The position numbers and the translations under genes are program-made. A DNA stretch of 64,000 nucleotides from positions 1,674,001-1,738,000 of the forward strand of contig CAJFCJ010000012.1 in assembly GCA_904063045.1 (NCBI GenBank). The letters are read 5' to 3'. The notes under the pieces were generated by a model. It did no database searches. It saw only the letters and a program-made list of their open reading frames with translations, and was not told where the DNA came from. Origin of the DNA: Dimorphilus gyrociliatus (taxonomy: Eukaryota; Animalia; Annelida). Of the stretch, positions 11,741 to 23,138 are shown in pieces. Position 1 is the first letter of the stretch. Each line of letters starts with the position of its first letter.

Positions 11741-11800
11741 TAATTGAACAAAACGTAGAAAATTTTTAAGCTTTAAGGAAAATATACCAATTTAGACGAT

Positions 11801-13361
11801 ATGGCATTGGTTAAATTCACTAATTGTCGCCTTATTAGAAATGGTCAAATCGAATGCGATGACTTGTGGGTACGAAATGGAAAAATCATGAATCCAGAGA
11901 AGATTTTCTTTGAAGAAAAAGTAAAAGCTGATGTTTATATCGATTGTCATAACGTAATTATAGCACCTGGTTACATAGATGTCCAAATAAACGGTTCGTC
12001 CTCGCTTTTGGATGTAAATACGGTTATATAATAGTTGTATGCGCTCGTGTAGGGGCGTTCGGTATTGACTTTTCAACGGACGTTGACAGAGTTAACGAAG
12101 GCGTAATTAAAGTGGCTGGCGGAGTTTTAAGACACGGTGTAACTTCTTTTTGTCCAACAATAGTCACATCTCCCTCAGAAAGTTACAAAAAGGTGAAAGT
12201 AATCTGATTGTTTTTCATAATACCACTATAAACGTTCGACCAACATTCTAACAGATTATACCGAATATACGCCGCAAGGGAGGCTCAAAGTACGGAGCAG
12301 CTGTCTTGGGTATTCATATCGAGGGTCCTTTTATTAATAAAGAAAAGAAAGGTGCTCACTCCGAAGAATTAATAAGGAGTGACTTAAGCGGAGGATGGAG
12401 TTTACTAGAAGATATGTATGGGAGTCTAGAAAATGTCTCAATCTTCACTATAGCCCCTGAACTACCAGGTGCCCTCAACATTATAAAAGAGTTAAGAAAG
12501 AGAAATATTCGAGTATCGTTAGGTAAAAAAGAAGACTTAATATTTGCACATATTTCAAATGATATTCTCAAGTTTTTAATTAAAACAGGACATTCTATGG
12601 CTGATTTAAATAAAGGCATAGAGGCTATCGAACATGGTGCTAACTTTATTACTCACTTGTTCAACGCTATGCTACCAGTTCGTTAGCTTTATCTGTATCA
12701 GCCTTTGAAATAATTGTTTTTTTCTTAATCCTTAATTTTAGTTCCATCATCGTGATCCTCATCTTGTCGGTCTCCTGGCAACTGATCTTCCTCACACTGT
12801 CTATTACGGAATGATTACAGATGGAATCCATACTCACTCTTCTGCTATTAGAATTGCTCAAAAAACTCATCCTAAGGGACTTGTTATAGTTACTGATGCT
12901 ACTCCAGCTATGGGACTAGAGTGTGGCAAACATCATATTGGAACTTTAGAGGTTTGCACGCCTATTCTCGAAAAGAAGAAATTTCGAATAAATATTATTT
13001 TCCAGGTAGAAGTCAAGAAGGATGGAAGAGCTGTCATAGCGGGAACCCAGACTTTAGCAGGAAGGTAAAAACAACAAATTAATTTGAATAACATTTACTA
13101 GGATAACAGTGTCGTTTTTCTTTTATTAGTATAGCAACAATGGATGAATGCGTAAGACACTTAAGAAAAGCAACAAATTGCTCAATAGTAGAAGCAATTG
13201 AGTCGGCTAGTTTGCATCCTGCTCAGCTCTTGGGGATTGAAACTAAAGGCAGATTGAACGCCGGTTGCGATGCGGATTTCGTCTTTTTGGACGATAATTT
13301 ATTCCCGTTAAGCACGTGGATAGCGGGCGAGAAAGTATTTGATACTTCTACAGTTGAATAA
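11801..13361 (+). CDS. AMDHD2: N-acetylglucosamine-6-phosphate deacetylase (multi-exon)
   Basis: [63 protein letters not shown] and [10 protein letters not shown] motifs of the NagA amidohydrolase family. Confidence 0.97.
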
Positions 13362-13483
13362 TAAGTTTTTAGAATAAGGTGAACTGTGTTACTTAAGGAA
13401 ATTATAATACACAAAAAAATTTCATTTCATTTGGAAAAACTCGTGTATTTTGCTACACAAACGCAAAATTCAACGAATGAAGT

Positions 13484-14023
13484 TTACATTCCTTTAATTT
13501 TAATCTTCTTTTCATGGATAACTTTGTTGGGCTTCCTCTTCTTAATTGGGACTCTGGGAGTCTTCTTTTTAAGATTTCCAAATTCGGTGTTTATTAACCT
13601 ATTTCGGGCTTGTTTCATTTTCATAAGCTTGAACCTGTCGAAGTCTGACAAATTCTCTCTAAGCTTTTTAGAGGCTATTTTTTTAGCCCAGACGGTCTTA
13701 GCCCATTTCTTCTCAATTTCTTCCTTTTCCCAAATTTTCTTGATGAGTCCTGTTCTCAAACCATACGGCATTTTAATGACAAACTTGGTTAAATGGAGTT
13801 GCTTGATGTTAACAGCTTGTCTTTTGACCTAGATATGAAAGTAAATAAACTTAACACGTGAAATTTACATGACGGTAATATCATGCCATACCGCTGTGCA
13901 TGGGCCATCTACAAGAACTCTATTTTGATCAATGACGTCAACGATCACTATCAACTTGCCCTTAGATGGTCCATAAGCAATGTAGGCCACTCTACCGATC
14001 TCAATGAAGCGTTTGAATTGCAT
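13484..14023 (-). CDS. RPL14: 60S ribosomal protein L14 (2 exons)
   Basis: [44 protein letters not shown]|[16 protein letters not shown]...[11 protein letters not shown]...[11 protein letters not shown]. Confidence 0.98.
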
Positions 14024-14982
14024 CTCGACGTGTTATTCGCGATTTTTTCACGTCAATCCGAACGTCTTTACACGCTGCTGAAAAAAGGAAGTACTCCTAC
14101 GCCATTTTTCGGTTTTCGGATTTTTTCAAAAAGTAAAATAACCCATATTCGTATATATAAAAATTAACTGTATATAATATTATTTTTTTGTCAAATACAT
14201 TACGAAAATGAAAAAAAATTTACTATAAAGTTATCTATTTATTTACAGTGTCCCGAGCGATAATTAGGAAGAAACAAAGATTACAAACTCAGAAAGTAAA
14301 CAATTGCTAATTTTTCAAATATCTGAGAAAGTTAATTTTTCAATATTAGAAATTTAGAAAAAATATTATTGGGTCTGTTTTTACGACTGAAAGTCACAGT
14401 CAAATATATTTTTCTAATCTTAAAGCGCAAAATAGATGTAGCATAATTAGTCATTTTAAAAAGTAGCAAAGTTTGTGCCTTATAATTAAGGTATATTATC
14501 TTGTATTTAACGTATTGTTAATACAATAATAAATATTTGATTTATAAATAAATCAAAATGTTTCAAGTTATGTATCCATTATCATACAAATGTAATGTGA
14601 TTTTTATTTAAAAAGTGACATATTTTTTTCTAAAATTTATTATCTGAAAATTTAATATTTATAAAAATAAATTTAAAACATTTCATTGATGAATATTTTA
14701 TAATCGTGATTTTAGAAAATCGCTGAAATTTTTCTTGAAATATTGGATTTTATGATGTGGTGAGTAATAGTTTTTGAAAGTAAGTGAAATCTATATTATA
14801 AATAGTTACAGAATACAAGCCTTTTTGATAACCCAATCGAATATATGAAACTTGAGCCACTATAAAGAATAATGGGTAAGTAATATATAGTATTTAAAAA
14901 ATATAGGGACATCAAATGATAGGCTACTTTTCCCATGTGGCCATTTATCTGCATAAAATAGTATCTAAACTTATAAAATAAA

Positions 14983-17900
14983 ATGCATACGGTAAATTCA
15001 AGTTCTTCCGTTTTTATAGCAGGTGAAGAGGTAATTGTTAATAGACGATTGAGGAGAAATATTACAATCGATGGTGACAATACATCAGAGTTGGGTTTCG
15101 TATTCGTAGACAGACCTGAAAATGATTTTGAAACTCACCGAGTTCTCAATAATTACCTGGTAATGATTCTTTTATTGAAATTTACTGTATAAGATAATAA
15201 AATAACAAATTTTGCTTTTAGTTTGGATTTAAAAAATGGAAAAGTCATGTGACTGAAAGACCGCTTGCCCACAGATCAGATATCGTTAGAAAATTATATA
15301 ACGAAGGCTACGCAATCGCCGACGGTTAGACAATATAACAATGTTACGAGTTTGTGTTTTAAAGTTTTCTTTTAAATAAATTTTAGCTCAAATTAGTACT
15401 ATACGACCAGGCAATATTTTATATACAATATTATTTGGTTGGTGGTTAGCCTTACTTTATCTCATATTGGGTTGTTTAGTGGGAATCAGTATTGTTGGAA
15501 TTCCATACAGTTTGTACACAATATTCATGAATTATTGTATTTTAATGTATACCTCTTTAACCTTTGTCAGCAAAATTCTGTTTTAAGTTAGGCTATTACT
15601 TCCTATGGCCTTTTGGGTATTTTGTTCATAAGGTAAAGGTTTAAAATTATCTATAATTAGGTCATTAAAATTTCTTTCATTTCATTTTCCAAAAACAGGA
15701 TACAAGCATACTTACGTCGGACGGTTATACTCCGTTACAAAGAGCTAGCAATTCAAGTAGCGTTTTACGTCTTATTCATATTTAATACAACAATGAAAAT
15801 TGCTACACTTTAAGATTCAAATACCTTCGAAGAAGAAACTGATGAACGAACCTCTTTGCTAACTGATTCTATTGAACTGAATAATCAACAATATCAAAAT
15901 CATAGCCCAAAAGCATGGAACTTTTTCCAGTGCTGTAGATCAATTCCTTGGGTAAATTTCTTCTTATGACAACTAACCCAAATATGATACAAAATGCATC
16001 TATACATATAATTTGTCTTTTATAGAATAGACCATCGACATATTTTTGGTTGATAATACCTGTACCAATCCTAATAATTGTCCACTCTTTAGTATTTCTT
16101 GTTAGTTGGACTTCAGTCATATTTATTCCAATAGCAAAATTGAATCTCAAAACTATTCAGCAAATTCTTTTTGCTGAACCTGAGAGACTAAAAATTGAAC
16201 ATTCTAGTATCGTATGTGACTTTACTATAGACAATATTTATAATATAATTAAAGTTTTCTTTTTTACAGAGTGAAACACCTGAAACTGATATAATTGTAT
16301 ACATTCATCATGCTGTTAACATTTATTACTACAAGTATACTATAGACGGAGTGAACGTTATCGTTGCTAGTATCCTAGTTTTTTTAAAAAAGATAAAAGA
16401 ATATAGCACATGTCTTATAAAAAATATTATCCTTAACTTATTAAAGATCTTTGTATATTCGTCGTTATAGCTCTAGCACTTGGATATCTCGACAAGCACA
16501 ATAAGTATAGTAGCGAATTAACTGTAAGTTTCTTTATTAATAGTGTTTGAACTATGTAATGAATTAATTGATTGAAATTGCCAATCAGAAATTGATTCTA
16601 GCAATGTTAGCTATTATACCATTGGCTCATTACATTGGAATGGCTATTACATGGTAAATAATTGTTTATATCTTTAATAATAATATTATATTCTTTTTTA
16701 TAATTATAGCATATCGGCTCAATCGCATCCTGCTGTTGGTGCAGTTTTGAATGCAACTTTTGGATCAGTAGTTGAGATTTCTCTATACGTTATCAGTCTG
16801 GTCAAAGGAGCAAAATTAAAAACTAAATGTTATGTTGCTTTGGTCAATTCTGCCTTAACAGGAACTTTATTGGCTACGATGATGCTATTTCCGGTTGATA
16901 AAATGATCTATTTTTTAAGTAAATTAATGTACAATTTTGATTTTCAGGGTCTATTTATGGTAATAGGGGGATTGAAACATAGTACACAAAGATTTAATCC
17001 AAGAGCAGCTGCTGTTAGCTCAACTCTGTTATTTGTATCAGTTGCAGGTATAACATTTAGTATTAATTTCTTCCTTTTAACTTTATGCTTACGAAACAAC
17101 TATTTTTTTAAAGGTGTCTTTGCCCCAACTATCTTTTCTAAGGCCTATGGAACGCTACGGTGTGAACATTGTGTGAATAGTAATAGAACACTTGGTAACG
17201 ATTCCAAATCATGGCCCCTTAGTTGTTCAGAGTGCGGATATAGCATAGTTTGTTTTCAATTTAAGCGTATCAACTCAAGAGAAAAATAATCGTTCTCTTC
17301 TCTTTTTACAGTTTGGTTTGAATGGAAACAATCAATTTTATTATGATCATGTAGCTCCCTTGGTTTATTCTTGCGCTTTAATTTTACCATTTGCATATTT
17401 TGTGGGTTTGACTTATTCTCTTAAAACTCATAGAGTTCATGTCTATGATACATTTTACGCTCAAAATGAAGTCCCGGAGAATAATCATTCAAACGTTCAC
17501 TGGGGTAGATTAAAAAGCCTTGCAGTCCTTTTAATTGCTACTGTGGTAACATCTCTTTGCGCAGATATAGTTGCTGAAAATATTCAGATGATTCTGAGCA
17601 ATTCCGGAATATCTGTGGTACGTTCCTAATAATCCTATTGAATCGTCTATATGTAATAAAAAGTAAATTTTACAGTATTTCATTGGAGTAACACTTCTAG
17701 CTTTGGTTCCTGACCTTCCTGAAATTGTAAATGGCGTACAGTTTGCCTTACAGAACAACATATCATTAAGGTTCTTTATTATATTATATACAGTCATTCA
17801 AAGAAATTTCAATTTAAATTATATTTATATTAGTATTGAAGTTGCCAGTTGCATTGCTGTACAAGTTTGTTTGATTCAAATTCCTATCTTAGTCCTTGTC

Positions 17901-18215
17901 AATGTTATATACGTAAGTAACAACCACATTTTAATGGTAGTTTTGCAATTATTTATTTAAAAAATATACATAGGATGTTGGATTTTATATGATATTTCCT
18001 GATGTTCATTTATGGACTGTTATATTCGCTCTCTTAATGATGAATTACGTCTTTCAAGACGGAAAATCAGATTATTTTCAAGGTTTGATGAATATATTCA
18101 CAAGGGTTGAAAATTAACATACGTCTTTTTTTCAGGAAGTGCCATGTGTCTTGTGTATGTAGCTCTTATTTTGATGTATTTTTTCGCTCCGACTCCAAAA
18201 GACACGGTTTGCTAA
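14983..18215 (+). CDS. CAX: Type II cation/H+ exchanger (CAX, Vnx1-like), multi-exon; start codon provisional
   Basis: N-terminal YccF/DUF307-like region, YKYTIDGVN, alpha-1 repeat (GAVLNATFGSVVEISLY) and alpha-2 repeat (GVTLLALVPDLPEIVNGVQFALQNNISLSIEVASCIAVQVCLIQIP). Stop TAA at 18213-18215. Confidence 0.93.
16370..16446 (+). other. U12-type (minor spliceosome) GT-AG intron in CAX
   Basis: 5' end GTATCCTA, branch point TCCTTAAC at 16430-16437 and AG 9 nt downstream. Splicing restores VNVIVANLCIFVVIAL. Confidence 0.8.
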
Positions 18216-18436
18216 AGACCATCTTTACAGCTATTTTTCTTTTCCATCCCTCCAATGTTTGGTATTGATTATTTGTATAATTAATTATTAAAAATAAGAT
18301 TAACTTTAGTAATTAAAGGATGTTGGAAATTCAATGTCTTTGTTGTCAAAGTATACCGGAAATTGAGTCACCTACTTGCTATAAAATAAAACAACGTACT
18401 TTTTTTATAAGACCTTGTACAAACCAGGATCCATTT

Positions 18437-18931
18437 TCATTTCGGTAACTTTTGTGTTCCTATCCAATCAAGTACGCTGGATAGGACATTTGCGAAAGTT
18501 TTTGCAAAGTAATAAGATAACATTGTTCAGTTGAAAATATTACCAACAATCTCTCTGCTTTTGTACGCGCCTTGTAGTAAGATCTTCTAACCATTCGAAA
18601 CTGTTCAGCTTATCTTTTGTGGTATATTCTCTAAAATCCTCTAATATTATAACCATTTCAGGAGACTCATTGTCAACTAAATCTGTGATAAGTTTTTCAA
18701 TCAAAAGTTCCTCTTCTCCCACTTTAGTATATTTGGCATTTTTATGACCAAGGATCGTTAAAACACACTGTTTCTCCACAGCTCTTTTGACATTTTTTGC
18801 GATCTTATTGAATGCTTTCCTCTAGATATTGTGAAATTTGTTTATTATGAACATAAAAGCCAAGATAAAAACTAGTTAAGTTCATAGATATTCAATACAG
18901 TGCGAGTCATTCTATATATCCGTACTTTCAT
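18437..18931 (-). CDS. Putative small orphan protein (~115 aa, 3 exons)
   Basis: MKVRIYRMTRT|RKAFNKIAKNVKRAVEKQCVLTILGHK...RVQKQRDC|CVLDWIGTQKLPK*, with GT-AG introns of typical size. No family recognised and the true 5' end is uncertain. Confidence 0.45.
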
Positions 18932-19191
18932 TTTTATGTCTCATGCCTGAAAGGGCTATAAAACATACAAACTATAAAAGGATTCTTTTAATTAAACGCC
19001 ATACTTTAAAAGCTTTAGATGAATCTTCAAAACATTCTTTAGTCCTCTTCTCATTTTCCAGTAACAAATTAATAATTAATATTTACTTTTAAAAATATCT
19101 CGCGCCTTCGACGAACACAACTCTGGGCATTTTTTAACGTCAGCTACCAGTTTTGCGTAAGCACATACACCCGCAGTCTCAATAACTAATA

Positions 19192-21768
19192 ATGAACGGA
19201 GAAATTGATGACAAACAGTGTAGTATTGATATACTTACTAACGATGGTAACTATTAGTTTCAAAGAGAAAATCAGACTTGAATAAGTCTACACTCGGCTG
19301 ATTTATACTTACATTTAGGGTAAAAGAGCGATAATATGTGATTTTCAATACAGATGATTATAAGAAGTTTTTCGAATCAAATTTCGATGCGAAAATATAT
19401 ACTACAAGCATTATGCAGGGAATGTCAATTGCTAATCAACTGAAAAAGATCAGTGACGGTTTAGATTTATTAGATAAAGAATTACATAACCAGGTGAGGA
19501 TTGTATTTAAAAGTACACAAGAACTCAGTGAATTTTATTCCTATATTAAACTTCAATAGATTGTAACACACCACGAAGATCTTCTATCCCAAGCAACAGG
19601 AGTTGAAACGCTGGAAGGAGTTTTGCAAATTATGCAAAATAGAATAGAATCATTGATGACTTCTTTAGAAAGGTATTTCCCCCTTTTGTTTTTTTGCCAA
19701 CCAGCTATATTTAATTATTGTTATTCTATTATTTAGAATAAAGGCACGCGTTACCGAACCTTATGAGAAAATTGTAAAAAGAACTAAACAATTAAAAAGA
19801 TTACAGGAGGCATGCGACCTATTACGTCGAATAATTCGTCTCCTATATCTATCAAAACGCTTAAAAATTCAATTGGAAGGCGGAGCTCGAGAAATAGCAA
19901 AATCTGCGCAGTCTTTAGCCGAATTAGATTATTTAATGGAGGGTCAAGACCTGAGTGGAATCGATATCATTGAACAAGATCGTAGGTTTATTAGACAGGC
20001 AAGAAAGGAGGTTGAAACGCATGCTCAATCGATGCTTGCCCAAGGAATAGAGAATAAGAATCAGAGTTCCGTATCTACAGCCTTACAAGTGTTCTATCAC
20101 TTAGATATGCTAAAAACTATCGTCAATCAGTCTGTTTTAAATTGTATAAAATGCTTAAAAGATCATATTGGACAATGTGTCAATGTTCAACATTTAATGT
20201 CTAGTATGAAACAAACAGCTCCAGCTGCCCCAGGAAGAAGTGCTCTACCAACAAACACTGCAGCCTTTCGTGCTGCATTATGGACAAATATGGAGAAAGT
20301 AATGGATTCTATTTACAATTCTTGCGCCCAAATGCAGCATCTTAATAAAGTTATAGCTAAAAAGAAAGATCCTGTTTCTCATACAAAATTCTCTGATATA
20401 CTTGAAAATGACATTTTGGATGAGTTTTGGTCTAGTACTTCGTATTCCCTAACTACAGTCTTTTCAGCAGCTGTTGAAGAAAATACATATGTTAAACAAG
20501 CTTTGGAGGGAGAATATCCAAAGTTAATAAGGCTCTTTAATGATTTATGGAGACGATTAGGACATTTATTTGAAGACGAAACGGTTGAAGATACACAAAG
20601 GTACGAAAACCAGTTAAGGAACAGCATATCTCTACTGGAGGAAGCCTATTTATCGAAATCTTTATCACGTTTATTTGATGTTGTTAATATGGCTTTGAGT
20701 TCTGGAAATTCTAATCCTCCATCTATAAATGATATAGAAGCTATACTAAAAGTTTTTGTTAGCGAGTTAAATTTTGCTAAAGTCGATAGCGATTTGATGT
20801 ACTCAGTGGCTTCAAATGTATCTAAGACTTTGAATCTCTTTGCCGTCAAATGTGAGCAAATATCGTCGACTGACGGCGAAGCTTCTCAAGTTATATCTCC
20901 ACCCACGCAAGGCCAAACTAGAAATGCCCAAATAGTCAATGTACTTTATAGGTTATTCGATGGAGGCTCCAAAATTATTGATTCATTAGAAAATGTTGAA
21001 GATAGAGTTGTCAATAATCTAAAATCTAGTTTAAACTCCTTAACGAATTGCATGAAACAAACGATATGTCCACTATTCACTTCAATTTCCGAAGCTCTCG
21101 AAGCAATCATTGCAACTCTCCATAATGAAGACTTTTCATCTTCGGATCATTCTGACGGTTCTAATTGTTCTTTATATATGAAGGAGTTAGGAGATTTCAT
21201 TCAAAGAGTTGACCAGTCATATCTGGTACAGTTTGATTGTCGTTCAGACTGGCTTGATGAAGAATGCGTCCTACCGTTAGCCTCTCGATGCATTCAATTA
21301 TTTATTCGACACGTCTGCCTAACAAGACCAGTTGGTGAAGGAGGTCGTCTTCGTTTGGCTGCTGATTGCGCTGAGCTTGAAAGAGCTGTTCAACCTTTGT
21401 GCAAGCCCTCATTTCTTGGTTCTACGTATAAAAGCCTCAGAGCCTTGCGCCCTCTGCTATTTATGACTCCTGAAAATCTCATTACTGCACCATCTCTAGG
21501 AGAAGCAATTCCGTACTCTTTCGCTATTCATCTCCTATTGGCCAGGGCTCCATCATCAATACCAAGCCCATATAGTCTAAACAATTGGTCAATGAACAAA
21601 TATAGTGATTGGTTAAATAAACATTCCGAAAAGGAAAGGCTGGCTCTGTTACAAGTAGCTCTGCAAACATATGTCAGCAACGTTCAAAAAAGGGGTGAAA
21701 AGGAATACGACGTCATATATCCATTCCTGTTTCAACTATTACAAGACGCTCAAGCCAGTCTAAACTAA
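19192..21768 (+). CDS. COG5: Conserved oligomeric Golgi complex subunit 5
   Basis: [86 protein letters not shown] and [12 protein letters not shown]. Confidence 0.96.
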
Positions 21769-21933
21769 GCACGAACAATAATAATAATAATAATAGACTT
21801 ACTACATTTGTAATGTGAAACATCCAAAAATAAAGCAATATAGTTTAATTATGCAGTACATTGATTTAAAAATCTACATAACTATTGACTATTGTTATGT
21901 AAACAATTGTTTATATGTTTGACAAGATAAACT

Positions 21934-23082
21934 ATGAATAGGTTTTCTTTATTTATTATTAAATTTTCATGCGTTTTCTCAATTGCGTTTGCTATCTATT
22001 TACTATTAGCCTTCTGTTCCAACAATGGTAGAGAAAATTCCATTTTGGCAAAGATAAAGTTTGATGCCGTTAATAGTGAAGGAATAAAATTTACCTATTC
22101 CGCTTTAAGTCCTATTATCTTTATTGGGGGGGTACCGAGGTCTGGAACAACCTTAATGAGAGTAATACTAGACGCCCATCCTAATATACGATGCGGTGAA
22201 GAAACTCGAATAATACCACGTATATTAAATATATTTGGACCTTTAAAAACATTTTCTTTCGAGGATTTAAAAAATGTCTATAACATCGGATTAACGGGGA
22301 ATATACTCGAAAGAGCTGTGACAACTTTTATATTAGAAATAATTGTTAGACACGGCGAACCATCAGCGAATCTTTGCAACAAAGATCCTTTTACTTTAAA
22401 ATCTTCAGTTTATTTATCAAATTTATTTCCAAACTCTAAATTTATCCTTATGGTAAGGGATGGAAGAGCAGTTGTTCATTCTTTAATTAATAGGTATATT
22501 ACAGTATCCGGATTTAATTTAAGCGATTATAGTCAGTGTTTATCGGCATGGAATTCTATTATAAAATCTATGATTACGCAATGTGAAGATATTGGATCTG
22601 GTAGATGTTTAATAGTTCGTTACGAAAATTTAATTCTACAACAGGAAAGTACTTTACGAAAGGTTATGGAATTCTTACAAGTGGAATGGAGTGAAAATAC
22701 GCTAAATCACGAAAAGTTTGTTGGAAAGAAAAGAGGTATATCTCTGTCAAAGTACGGTTATTTCTTCATTTTTTCCTTTAACCTCTCGTAAAAGAAATAG
22801 GTTTTCTCTATCTATATAAACATTTACAGAGTGGAACGTTCATCGTCACAAGTAATTCAACCAGTAAATTTAAACGCTCTTTATAATTGGACAAAAGATT
22901 TTCCGAAGGATTTACAAAAGAGGGGAAAATTAATTGCGCCAATGCTTCAGACATTAGGTTATAAACCTGATCACTTTCCACCGTTTTATGGAAAACCGAA
23001 TGATAATGTTATTGTAAAGACCAGAGAAATTCATCTGGAAGCAAATTACTGGAAAAAACTGGCGGATTCTTACATAAAATGA
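21934..23082 (+). CDS. TPST: Protein-tyrosine sulfotransferase (2 exons)
   Basis: N-terminal TM anchor, PAPS motif IFIGGVPRSGTTLMRVILDAHPNIRCGEETRIIP, LCNKDPF, MVRDGRAVVHS and ERSSSQVIQPVN. Confidence 0.96.
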
Positions 23083-23138
23083 GCATTTTTTATTGTTTAA
23101 AACTTACACTTCAAATACTTTAGGAAAATATTTTATAT

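Noticed and set aside
13386-14167. Plus-strand ORFs of 148 and 94 aa
   Set aside because: Antisense to RPL14 exons.
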